Of a DNA stretch of 64,000 bases, positions 15,001 through 27,284 are shown piece by piece. This DNA comes from Euprymna scolopes (lineage: Eukaryota), in the NCBI GenBank assembly GCA_053919585.1, contig CM132827.1. One strand, 5' to 3'. The number at the start of each line of letters is the position of its first letter. The stretch's first letter is position 1. The notes beneath the pieces are model-generated. The model was not told the DNA's origin. It worked only from the letters and a program-made list of their open reading frames with translations, and did not search any database. Both the position numbers and the translations under genes were made by a program.

Positions 15001-18000
15001 TAAAGTAATGTTGGATAATTATTTCTATCTCTCTACTAAAGTAATGTTGGATAATTATTTCTATCTCTCTACTAAAGTAATGTTGGATAATTATTTCTAT
15101 CTCTCTACTAAAGTAATGTTGGATAATTATTTCTATCTCTCTACTACAGTAATGTTGGATAATTATTTCTATCTCTCTACTAAAGTAATGTTGGATAATT
15201 ATTTCTATCTCTCTACTAAAGTAATGTTGGGTAATTATTTCTATCTCTCTACTAAAGTAATGTTGGATAATTATTTCTATCTCTCTACTAAAGTAATGTT
15301 GGATAATTATTTCTATCTCTCTACTAAAGTAATGTTGGATAATTATTTCTATCTCTCTACTAAAGTAATGTTGGATAATTATTTCTATCTCTCTACTAAA
15401 GTAATGTTGGATAATTATTTCTATCTCTCTACTAAAGTAATGTTGGATAATTATTTCTATCTCTCTACTAAAGTAATGTTGGGTAATTATTTCTATCTCT
15501 CTACTAAAGTAATGTTGGGTAATTATTTCTATCTCTCTACTAAAGTAATGTTGGATAATTATTTCTATCTCTCTACTAAAGTAATGTTGGGTAATTATTT
15601 CTATCTCTCTACTAAAGTAATGTTGGGTAATTATTTCTATCTCTCTACTAAAGTAATGTTGGATAATTATTTCTATCTCTCTACTAAAGTAATGTTGGAT
15701 AATTATTTCTATCTCTCTACTAAAGTAATGTTGGATAATTATTTCTATCTCTCTACTAAAGTAATGTTGGATAATTATTTCTATCTCTCTACTAAAGTAA
15801 TGTTGGATAATTATTTCTATCTCTCTACTAAAGTAATGTTGGGTAATTATTTCTATCTCTCTACTAAAGTAATGTTGGGTAATTATTTCTATCTCTCTAC
15901 TAAAGTAATGTTGGATAATTATTTCTATCTCTCTACTAAAGTAATGTTGGATAATTATTTCTATCTCTCTACTAAAGTAATGTTGGATAATTATTTCTAT
16001 CTCTCTACTAAAGTAATGTTGGATAATTATTTCTGTCTCTCTACTAAAGTAATGTTGGATAATTATTTCTATCTCTCTACTAAAGTAATGTTGGATAATT
16101 ATTTCTATCTCTCTACTAAAGTAATGTTGGATAATTATTTCTATCTCTCTACTAAAGTAATGTTGGATAATTATTTCTATCTCTCTACTAAAGTAATGTT
16201 GGGTAATTATTTCTATCTCTCTACTAAAGTAATGTTGGGTAATTATTTCTATCTTTCTACTAAAGTAATGTTGGATAATTATTTCTATCTCTCTACTAAA
16301 GTAATGTTGGATAATTATTTCTATCTCTCTACTAAAGTAATGTTGGATAATTATTTCTATCTCTCTACTAAAGTAATGTTGGATAATTATTTCTATCTCT
16401 CTACTAAAGTAATGTTGGATAATTATTTCTATCTCTCTACTAAAGTAATGTTGGATAATTATTTCTATCTCTCTACTAAAGTAATGTTGGATAATTATTT
16501 CTATCTCTCTACTAAAGTAATGTTGGATAATTATTTCTATCTCTCTACTAAAGTAATGTTGGATAATTATTTCTATCTCTCTACTAAAGTAATGTTGGAT
16601 AATTATTTCTATCTCTCTACTAAAGTAATGTTGGGTAATTATTTCTATCTCTCTACTAAAGTAATGTTGGATAATTATTTCTATCTCTCTACTAAAGTAA
16701 TGTTGGATAATTATTTCTATCTCTCTACTAAAGTAATGTTGGATAATTATTTCTATCTCTCTACTAAAGTAATGTTGGATAATTATTTCTATCTCTCTAC
16801 TAAAGTAATGTTGGATAATTATTTCTATCTCTCTACTAAAGTAATGTTGGATAATTATTTCTATCTCTCTACTAAAGTAATGTTGGATAATTATTTCTAT
16901 CTCTCTACTAAAGTAATGTTGGATAATTATTTCTATCTCTCTACTAAAGTAATGTTGGGTAATTATTTCTATCTCTCTACTAAAGTAATGTTGGATAATT
17001 ATTTCTATCTCTCTACTAAAGTAATGTTGGATAATTATTTCTATCTCTCTACTAAAGTAATGTTGGGTAATTATTTCTATCTCTCTACTAAAGTAATGTT
17101 GGGTAATTATTTCTATCTTTCTACTAAAGTAATGTTGGATAATTATTTCTATCTCTCTACTAAAGTAATGTTGGATAATTATTTCTATCTCTCTACTAAA
17201 GTAATGTTGGATAATTATTTCTATCTCTCTACTAAAGTAATGTTGGATAATTATTTCTATCTCTCTACTAAAGTAATGTTGGATAATTATTTCTATCTCT
17301 CTACTAAAGTAATGTTGGATAATTATTTCTATCTCTCTACTAAAGTAATGTTGGATAATTATTTCTATCTTTCTACTAAAGTAATGTTGGATAATTATTT
17401 CTATCTCTCTACTAAAGTAATGTTGGATAATTATTTCTATCTCTCTACTAAAGTAATGTTGGATAATTATTTCTATCTCTCTACTAAAGTAATGTTGGGT
17501 AATTATTTCTATCTCTCTACTAAAGTAATGTTGGATAATTATTTCTATCTCTCTACTAAAGTAATGTTGGATAATTATTTCTATCTCTCTACTAAAGTAA
17601 TGTTGGGTAATTATTTCTATCTCTCTACTAAAGTAATGTTGGGTAATTATTTCTATCTCTCTACTAAAGTAATGTTGGATAATTATTTCTATCTCTCTAC
17701 TAAAGTAATGTTGGATAATTATTTCTATCTCTCTACTAAAGTAATGTTGGATAATTATTTCTATCTCTCTACTAAAGTAATGTTGGATAATTATTTCTAT
17801 CTCTCTACTAAAGTAATGTTGGATAATTATTTCTATCTCTCTACTAAAGTAATGTTGGATAATTATTTCTATCTCTCTACTAAAGTAATGTTGGGTAATT
17901 ATTTCTATCTCTCTACTAAAGTAATGTTGGATAATTATTTCTATCTCTCTACTAAAGTAATGTTGGATAATTATTTCTATCTCTCTACTAAAGTAATGTT

Positions 18001-21000
18001 GGATAATTATTTCTATCTCTCTACTAAAGTAATGTTGGATAATTATTTCTATCTCTCTACTAAAGTAATGTTGGATAATTATTTCTATCTCTCTACTAAA
18101 GTAATGTTGGATAATTATTTCTATCTCTCTACTAAAGTAATGTTGGATAATTATTTCTATCTCTCTACTAAAGTAATGTTGGATAATTATTTCTATCTCT
18201 CTACTAAAGTAATGTTGGATAATTATTTCTATCTCTCTACTAAAGTAATGTTGGGTAATTATTTCTATCTCTCTACTAAAGTAATGTTGGGTAATTATTT
18301 CTATCTCTCTACTAAAGTAATGTTGGATAATTATTTCTATCTCTCTACTAAAGTAATGTTGGATAATTATTTCTATCTCTCTACTAAAGTAATGTTGGAT
18401 AATTATTTCTATCTCTCTACTAAAGTAATGTTGGATAATTATTTCTATCTCTCTACTAAAGTAATGTTGGATAATTATTTCTATCTCTCTACTAAAGTAA
18501 TGTTGGGTAATTATTTCTATCTCTCTACTAAAGTAATGTTGGGTAATTATTTCTATCTCTCTACTAAAGTAATGTTGGATAATTATTTCTATCTCTCTAC
18601 TAAAGTAATGTTGGATAATTATTTCTATCTCTCTACTAAAGTAATGTTGGATAATTATTTCTATCTCTCTACTAAAGTAATGTTGGATAATTATTTCTGT
18701 CTCTCTACTAAAGTAATGTTGGATAATTATTTCTATCTCTCTACTAAAGTAATGTTGGATAATTATTTCTATCTCTCTACTAAAGTAATGTTGGATAATT
18801 ATTTTTATCTCTCTACTAAAGTAATGTTGGATAATTATTTCTATCTCTCTACTAAAGTAATGTTGGGTAATTATTTCTATCTCTCTACTAAAGTAATGTT
18901 GGGTAATTATTTCTATCTCTCTACTAAAGTAATGTTGGATAATTATTTCTATCTCTCTACTAAAGTAATGTTGGATAATTATTTCTGTCTCTCTACTAAA
19001 GTAATGTTGGATAATTATTTCTATCTCTCTACTAAAGTAATGTTGGATAATTATTTCTATCTCTCTACTAAAGTAATGTTGGATAATTATTTCTATCTCT
19101 CTACTAAAGTAATGTTGGATAATTATTTCTATCTCTCTACTAAAGTAATGTTGGGTAATTATTTCTATCTCTCTACTAAAGTAATGTTGGGTAATTATTT
19201 CTATCTCTCTACTAAAGTAATGTTGGATAATTATTTCTATCTCTCTACTAAAGTAATGTTGGATAATTATTTCTATCTCTCTACTAAAGTAATGTTGGAT
19301 AATTATTTCTATCTCTCTACTAAAGTAATGTTGGATAATTATTTCTATCTCTCTACTAAAGTAATGTTGGATAATTATTTCTATCTCTCTACTAAAGTAA
19401 TGTTGGATAATTATTTCTATCTCTCTACTAAAGTAATGTTGGATAATTATTTCTATCTCTCTACTAAAGTAATGTTGGATAATTATTTCTATCTCTCTAC
19501 TAAAGTAATGTTGGATAATTATTTCTATCTCTCTACTAAAGTAATGTTGGATAATTATTTCTATCTCTCTACTAAAGTAATGTTGGATAATTATTTCTAT
19601 CTCTCTACTAAAGTAATGTTGGATAATTATTTCTATCTCTCTACTAAAGTAATGTTGGGTAATTATTTCTATCTCTCTACTAAAGTAATGTTGGATAATT
19701 ATTTCTATCTCTCTACTAAAGTAATGTTGGATAATTATTTCTATCTCTCTACTAAAGTAATGTTGGATAATTATTTCTATCTCTCTACTAAAGTAATGTT
19801 GGATAATTATTTCTATCTCTCTACTAAAGTAATGTTGGATAATTATTTCTATCTCTCTACTAAAGTAATGTTGGATAATTATTTCTATCTCTCTACTAAA
19901 GTAATGTTGGATAATTATTTCTATCTCTCTACTAAAGTAATGTTGGATAATTATTTCTATCTCTCTACTAAAGTAATGTTGGGTAATTATTTCTATCTCT
20001 CTACTAAAGTAATGTTGGGTAATTATTTCTATCTCTCTACTAAAGTAATGTTGGATAATTATTTCTATCTCTCTACTAAAGTAATGTTGGATAATTATTT
20101 CTATCTCTCTACTAAAGTAATGTTGGATAATTATTTCTATCTCTCTACTAAAGTAATGTTGGATAATTATTTCTATCTCTCTACTAAAGTAATGTTGGAT
20201 AATTATTTCTATCTCTCTACTAAAGTAATGTTGGATAATTATTTCTATCTCTCTACTAAAGTAATGTTGGATAATTATTTCTATCTCTCTACTAAAGTAA
20301 TGTTGGATAATTATTTCTATCTCTCTACTAAAGTAATGTTGGATAATTATTTCTATCTCTCTACTAAAGTAATGTTGGATAATTATTTCTATCTCTCTAC
20401 TAAAGTAATGTTGGATAATTATTTCTATCTCTCTACTAAAGTAATGTTGGATAATTATTTCTATCTCTCTACTAAAGTAATGTTGGATAATTATTTCTAT
20501 CTCTCTACTAAAGTAATGTTGGATAATTATTTCTATCTCTCTACTAAAGTAAGCGATGGATAATTATTTCTATCTCTCTACTAAAGTAATGTTGGATAAT
20601 TATTTCTATCTCTCTACTAAAGTAATGTTGGATAATTATTTCTATCTCTCTACTAAAGTAATGTTGGATAATTATTTCTATCTCTCTACTAAAGTAATGT
20701 TGGATAATTATTTCTATCTCTCTACTAAAGTAATGTTGGATAATTATTTCTATCTCTCTACTAAAGTAATGTTGGATAATTATTTCTATCTCTCTACTAA
20801 AGTAAGCGATGGATAATTATTTCTATCTCTCTACTAAAGTAATGTTGGATAATTATTTCTATCTCTCTACTAAAGTAATGTTGGATAATTATTTCTATCT
20901 CTCTACTAAAGTAATGTTGGATAATTATTTCTATCTCTCTACTAAAGTAATGTTGGATAATTATTTCTATCTCTCTACTAAAGTAATGTTGGATAATTAT

Positions 21001-21210
21001 TTCTATCTCTCTACTAAAGTAATGTTGGATAATTATTTCTATCTCTCTACTAAAGTAATGTTGGGTAATTATTTCTATCTCTCTACTAAAGTAATGTTGG
21101 ATAATTATTTCTATCTCTCTACTAAAGTAATGTTGGATAATTATTTCTATCTCTCTACTAAAGTAATGTTGGATAATTATTTCTATCTCTCTACTAAAGT
21201 AAGCGATGGA
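1..21210 (+). repeat. 36-bp minisatellite array (~590 units, continues off the left edge). Consensus GTAATGTTGGATAATTATTTCTATCTCTCTACTAAA, with a common GGT variant and a rare 37-bp GTAAGCGATGGATAATT... variant
   Basis: The periodicity is read directly. The 37-bp variants start at 416, 4305, 6394, 7799, 10464, 11473, 12158, 12375, 14716, 20549 and 20802. The array ends abruptly in GTAAGCGATGGA at 21199-21210. Confidence 0.99.
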
Positions 21211-21665
21211 CTTTTATGTTGGTTAATTATTCCTGAAAAAAAGGACTGGTTATTTTTAAGCGAGAACTTTTACTTTTCTACTTTATTTCATTACCTCAGT
21301 CGCAGGAAGAGACTCAATTAACAAAGAAAGCTTTCTGGTCTTCTCTTTTCGCTTAATATCGATTTTGAGAAAATCAAATTTATTCTTTGGTCATCTTTGT
21401 TTGTTCAACTCCATTTTACACTTTTTCATTTTTATTTTTTTCAAGTTTGCGGGACTAACATCGACACCCATAGTCTCGCAACAGCAATGTCTTCAATGTG
21501 TTTGTTACATGTTTTTATAATTGAACAAAGACTGTTGGATATTTTCTGACTGAAACTAGGTGGCTAATTCATGCACAAGTGCTTACTATTGCATAATGCT
21601 AATAGTGCTATTGATATTCTCGTGATGTACTTGATTAAACATATGAAATCTTTTTGTATTTACAG
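21199..21665 (+). other. Probable original (pre-expansion) GT-AG intron, phase 0
   Basis: Donor AAA|GTAAGC at 21199 and acceptor TCTTTTTGTATTTACAG ending at 21665. Splicing joins ...NYFYLSTK to LEMDIV... in frame. Confidence 0.65.
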
Positions 21666-21791
21666 CTGGAAATGGATATAGTCCGCGAAAACTATAATCG
21701 GAAAAGGGAGGATTACCGTCGCAGGGCCATAGAAAAAGAGGCCGCATTTTTAGCTGCAGTTCTTGCAGCCAACAACCCAGAGGATAAATAA
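21666..21791 (+). CDS. Probable terminal coding exon of an unidentified gene (LEMDIVRENYNRKREDYRRRAIEKEAAFLAAVLAANNPEDK*)
   Basis: Good acceptor, higher GC than the flanks, and 41 open codons to TAA with a helical, charged composition. ATTAAA follows near 21879. Protein family not recognised. Confidence 0.7.
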   Translation: MEMDIVRENYNRKREDYRRRAIEKEAAFLAAVLAANNPEDK

Positions 21792-21949
21792 ACCGTGAAT
21801 GATTCTAGAGATTTTATTTTCTTCTGAATCACAAAAGGATGACAAGAAGAAACATATTTTAATGTAAAATGTTATTTTATTAAAAAAAAAAAAACCTAGC
21901 TGGCTTAATCACAAAACAAAAGCCAATAAGAAAACAAATATCTGTGGGG

Positions 21950-22237
21950 ATTTATTTATTTGTTCACGGACTGTTATCCTCATCTTCATTGTTGAACGGA
22001 GGGGCTTGTGGCACCGTGGATAAAAGCGTTGAATAATTAATGAGGATTAGTTATCCAAAACGTGGTGAGACAACAACAACAACTATGGAAGGCAGTATTA
22101 GGGATAGAAAGTTAAGAGACTCAGAATTCCTATCCCGTCATGGTTAATCACCTGAAGAAGGTCAGAGGATGAGTTGGCTGAAATGTGTTGAAACAACAAC
22201 TATGAAGATGAGGATAACAGTCCGCAAATAAATAAAT
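21950..22237. repeat. ~45-bp inverted repeat pair (21950-21994 and 22197-22237) enclosing two degenerate hammerhead-like motifs
   Basis: ATGAAGATGAGGATAACAGTCCG...AAATAAATAAAT occurs once on each strand. Confidence 0.75.
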
Positions 22238-22420
22238 GATATCTCCGTTCAGTCTCAAAAGATAAAGGATACTCCCTCTGTTAGGGCAGCTGCACGTGTA
22301 ATTATGAGGCAAGGGTTGCACAATCTCTAACCACACCTCTCCTGAATCGGCATTGCCTGGGTCTAGTGGCAAGAAGTCCAGGACGACTGGAAACAATGCT
22401 GAGATAAGTGGAGAGCACAT

Positions 22421-22519
22421 ACAACATCTGGAAATCCCAAATGGTCATCCCTGGTACTGGGACTAGGCCCATCGTTGCTTAACTTCAGTGATCTGACGGG
22501 AACCGGTGTGTCAAATGTG
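22421..22519 (-). mobile_element. 5S rRNA-derived sequence (SINE3-like head or 5S pseudogene), slightly 5'-truncated. A non-5S body probably continues toward ~22240 or beyond
   Basis: The minus strand reads ACACCGGTTCCCGTCAGATCACTGAAGTTAAGCAACGATGGGCCTAGT...GATGACCATTTGGGATTTCCAGATGTTGT, colinear with animal 5S rRNA including the A-box region. It is too diverged to be a functional 5S gene. Confidence 0.8.
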
Positions 22520-23228
22520 AACATTCAGTAAAACCGTATTTCATATTTAATATACAAATGTTTATAATATTATTAATCGTTAAACTGTGAAAATCTTAAA
22601 ACCTAACAAACTTATAACAAAGATTAATCATTAATTGCAATTTGAAGAAGATAAACAAAGGTTTTAAAAAATGATTAAGTCGCTTCTGCTTTTCCATAGT
22701 TCGCATAGTTAACACAAATTTGACGTCACGGAAACATGCGTTCCATTTTTCACAATCGTTGTTTGGCAGACCCTACAGCCCTAGGGTCTAATAATGTGTC
22801 TTATATAAAAATAAATAATTTTTATAAACTTTTGTCTGTGAAATAATTTACGCCGCTGAAATGCACATTAACCAAATATTGTAACAGTAGTTTACATGAA
22901 ATATAATCTTTATTTGATTTTTTAAAATAAAAACATGATTAAGTTTACCTCATTTTCAGTGTGTAAAAAAGACACCTTGTTTCATTTTACTGTAATAAAA
23001 AAAGAAGGAATTTTTCAGTCTTCACCGGTCGTCAGGCCCGCAGAAATCTTTTGTCAACAACGGACGACTATTTACCTTTTAATCCATTTGTGTTGTCCCC
23101 CCCGCCCTGCACCGAACCCATTTTTCTTGTTAATTTTATTGCACATTCCCCAATTATTTTTAATGGTAAAAAACGAAGTTTCTTTCTTTCTTTTTTGTTT
23201 ATTTTGATACGACAAAGGATAATTAAAA

Positions 23229-23230
<2 letters not shown>

Positions 23231-23267
<37 letters not shown>
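23231..23267. repeat. (TAA)n microsatellite
   Basis: Read directly. Confidence 0.95.
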
Positions 23268-23272
<5 letters not shown>

Positions 23273-23691
23273 CTACGGTAGCACAATAACGAAATAATTA
23301 GGATTTAACTTTTCCTTGATAATGGAAGAAAAATAAGAGTTACATCCCTTGAATTTCATTTTATATTCGTAGTTTTAAAATTTTTTTTATGTCTATTTGT
23401 ATTAAGAATTATTTTATAAGATATATTTAACAAAGTCGATCTCTATAACAATTAAATGCAACAAAAAATGCAACATTTTCTTAATCAATTACAAAATTAA
23501 ATATTAAGTTATTTAAATATAATTTAATTAGTGATGGTTTTTATTGTACATTCATAGACAAAAGTACTTAATTTCTTTCTTTTAACAAAAAAACTTGAGT
23601 ATACCTATAATACAATTTTTATACTAAATAAAATTATTTTTTGTAAACTTCCGTACATTCGTAATCACACGTTACAATGTAAATAGCCAAA

Positions 23692-23740
23692 ATGGCGGCT
23701 CCTTTGGAGGCTGACGTTGAGATGTCTGAAGTGCGAAAAG
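23692..23740 (+). CDS. Probable first coding exon of a second gene (MAAPLEADVEMSEVRK + 1 nt, phase 1)
   Basis: CAAAATGGCGGC start context, a local GC-rich patch in AT-rich DNA, and donor AAG|GTATTT at 23741. The next exon was not confidently located. Confidence 0.55.
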
Positions 23741-24002
23741 GTATTTCATTGATGTATTTTCTACTCCATTTAAATATTTTTGTATATATTAAGATTTTAA
23801 ATAGTTCTGTTACCTGTTTAATTTTTTTTTTAATTGAAGTCTTTTAAAATTTTAGTTTAAAATGTTTTTTTTTAATTTTTTGTTACCAAATTTGAGACAA
23901 TTGCATTTTATTTAAACATTTCACAGATTAAAGAATTTTTAGTTTTCTGATTTTACTCATACTAATTGTGTTAATTTCTTTCAAATAAAGCTAAAACGAA
24001 CT

Positions 24003-25259
24003 GGTGCTTCTACACTTTATTGTCGAAATTGGAGACGCAATTATATAACAAATAAATGTTATCAAAGGCAAGATAAGTTACTTTTCTACCTAACTGGATA
24101 TATTTTTCGTGTTTTTATGTAACATGTTTATTCAGCTCGGAAACCATACACTGTTTACCGATGTATTGGAAAATTCAAGATGGCGTCTGACTCTCTCTTT
24201 AACACTGTTAGTTTGGGAAAAGGTGTTATAAATAAAAAAAACTGGATAAAATACTGTTAAAAACTCGCTCAATATATGTTACCGTGACATAGGTTGACAT
24301 ATATTGAGCGAGTTTCTAACAGTATTTTGTCTAGTTTTATAATTATAACACCTTTTCCCGAACTTACCGTGTTAAAGAGGGAGTGAGGCGCCATCTTGAA
24401 TTTTCCAATACATCGGTAAACACTGTATGTTTTTCGAGCTGAATAAACATGTTACATTGAATAAAAACACGAAAAATATATCCAGTTTGGTAGAAAAATA
24501 ACTTATCTTGCCTTTGGTAACATTTATTTGTTATATATTTCTTTTTTGACAACTTTTTCGAATCTATGTGTACAGTAATACAAACCCGCCATTTTATTTC
24601 ACGCACCTGCTTTCCAAATTAAGGGGAGAACTTTATATTAAACTATGGCCGAAGCATGAAATAAATAACAAAAAATTAAACTTCCGGAAAGAACTATAAA
24701 AAAAAAAAAAGCAAATAAAGTGAAAGAACATATATCCGTAATTGTTTAATTGGAAATGTTTCGATTTAAGAACGGGGAAAGTTTTTCATGGAACATTTTT
24801 TTTATTATTGAAAACAGAAAATGAAATGACAATGGTTTAAACTGGGCGAGCGCCATTTGAACAAAACCAAAACATTTATTGTATAAAAATTTATCAAAAT
24901 ATAATTGGAAAAACATTTATTGAAAAGTTTGCGCAAAAAAAATATAATTTTAATAAAACAATTTTGTAATGAAAGCAACATTTATAAAATAGGTTGTTGT
25001 TTTCGAACAAATAATTTTAAACATTTTTTTTTTTTTTAAATTAAAGCAACTTTGAAAAGTCAACAACAAATTAACTTAAATGATTGTTTTTTTCTTCTTT
25101 TTTTAACAGGTAAGTGGGTTGTTTTTTTGTTTTTTTATTTATTTTCTGTTTTAATTTTTTTATTTATTTCATGCTTCGGCCAATCTCCCCTGGATTTGGA
25201 GAGCAGGTGCGTGAAATAAAATGGCGTTTCCAATTTCGGCAATAAAGTGTAGAAGCACC
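24003..25259. mobile_element. Non-autonomous TIR element with ~110-bp inverted arms. The left arm is split by an insertion
   Basis: 24003-24038 (GGTGCTTCTACACTTTATTG..GACGC) joined to ~24590-24680 is the reverse complement of ~25150-25259. No TSD could be resolved. Confidence 0.8.
24042..24537. mobile_element. ~500-bp imperfect palindrome (foldback/MITE-like) with a loop at ~24283-24290
   Basis: Both arms align end to end, e.g. TTTACCGATGTATTGGAAAATTCAAGATGGCG against CGCCATCTTGAATTTTCCAATACATCGGTAAA. Confidence 0.9.
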
Positions 25260-25836
25260 CAAAACTGTAAATAATTGATTTTAATTATTTTATAAGCTAT
25301 TTTAACTTAAAAAAATTATGACAATTTGCCGGCCACACATTATCAACAATATCCCAAATAACGGCACGCAGACACCGTACACGTGAATGGAAAACATGAA
25401 TTATTGTTTTTAAAAGTAATGATAAGTACGAATACTGTTCATTAATCCTAACACTGAGATAAGATTTCTGTCGAAAATATTGTGATAGGGATGTAGTCCC
25501 TTAATTAAAAGCATAAACTAAATATTTTTGCTATATTTTTCTTTTAAACATATTTATGGGTACAACCGTTTTTCCGCGAGTATTTTTTACGCTCTTATAA
25601 TAATAATAAAAAAAATCAATGTTTTTTCTTTTACCTTTTTTTTTATGCCCCCCCCTTTTTCTTAATTTTTCTGCACTTATTTTATCTTTTCCGCGAGTAT
25701 ATATATATATATATATATATATATTCGCGTGATCAAAGAAAGAGCCCACACACAAAAAAAGGTAAATATGTTTGCAAAAGCAAAACAAAAAAAAACGTAA
25801 ATATGTTTGAAAAAAAAAACAAACTTAAATATGTTT

Positions 25837-25867
<31 letters not shown>

Positions 25868-26015
25868 CATGTTTAAAATTAAAATATAACAAAAACATTT
25901 ATTTTTATTTCAAGGGTATCATTATATACATTTTGTGCTTCCATAACTGGGTGGACAGACAGTAACACCAACACCACCTATAGTTAAACGGAGGAAACAG
26001 GCTCTCTCTTTCTTC

Positions 26016-26016
<1 letters not shown>

Positions 26017-26046
<30 letters not shown>

Positions 26047-26158
26047 GTAAACCCAAGGTTTTTTTTTTTGTTCACCGAACTCTTACGCTTTCCCGGCTAA
26101 TTATACATCTTTTTTTTTAATCTGTGTTTGTATATATGGATATATGTATGTGTTTATG

Positions 26159-26192
<34 letters not shown>

Positions 26193-26406
26193 CTTTTATT
26201 TTACTTTATTTTATTTTTTACAGGAACACATACCCCCCCCCACTTGTCTGTATCCCTTTCTTTTACGCATTCCTTAGTAATTATTATTAACAGTATTATC
26301 ATTATTATTATTAGTAGTAGTGGTGGTGATTGGTGGAGGTAGTAGTAGTAGTATTGTTACTATTATTTTTATTATTTCATTATTATTACTGTCTTGTTTT
26401 TACCGC

Positions 26407-26445
<39 letters not shown>

Positions 26446-26720
26446 CTCATCATTATAATTGCTGTTATTATCATTATCCCGTTATTATCCCCGTAATTGC
26501 TACCATAACTGCTCCCATTATCTTCATTTTCACTGTTAACTCTGACTTTATTTTTATCACAACTATTGTTAATATTATTTTTAATGTATACCTTTAATTT
26601 TGTCTTTATCTTTATTTTTATCTTCAATTTTACTTCTATTTTATTTTCATTTTTATTATTACTATTATTATAATTTTCATTACTATTATCTTTCTCACTA
26701 TTATAATTACCCTACTATTA
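26017..26720. repeat. Low-complexity tract of (CA)n, (TA)n and (TAT/TAG)n microsatellites
   Basis: Read directly. This tract is the source of several spurious short ORFs. Confidence 0.85.
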
Positions 26721-27284
26721 TTGGTATATTTTTACCACTCTTATGGGTAGGAATGGTCTCCTTTGTCATCTTTATGTATCCTTAACCTTTTGCATCAAGT
26801 TAAACGCACTCATAGTCATTGCCATCCTAATCTCCGGCTGCCCCCTTATAATCATACTCCCTATATCATAATAGAAGAAACTTAAAAATATTGCCGCATA
26901 TTACCTTTCAATTTTACAACCTTGCATACTTCCCCCCACCCAAATTATAAGCGATTTTATAGCCGCCATTTGCCGTTTAGGTTGCACCAGTCAAAAATAC
27001 CACTCCATAGAAAATAGACACACCACAAACAATTAAAATAAATTGCAACGCAGCAACAATACACCCCCAATTTAACCCTAATACATATACCCCTTAATCT
27101 CAACACTATGTTAAAGACCATATATATTCTTATATATCATACTATATATAACAAGCTTCTCCTTATTTATTTAGAATTCAATAAAGCTTCCCCCAACATT
27201 CTATAATTCCTCTTAATCTTTTTCATCCCTAATGAACCTTACACTAGATGCCGCATCTTCCCCATGCTACCTAACACCATCTCT

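Noticed and set aside
1-21210. CRISPR array (36-bp repeat)
   Set aside because: The units are head-to-tail with no unique spacers, there are no cas genes, and the context is eukaryotic.
1-21210. Recursive-splicing (AG|GT) sites in each unit
   Set aside because: The AG and GT overlap (AAAGT) and do not form AGGT, so splicing at the AG would not regenerate a donor.
23-21321. Giant ORFs of (MLDNYFYLSTKV)n as standalone genes
   Set aside because: They arise from a stop-free 36-bp unit and are broken by the 37-bp units. At most the first unit or few units are likely to be exonic.
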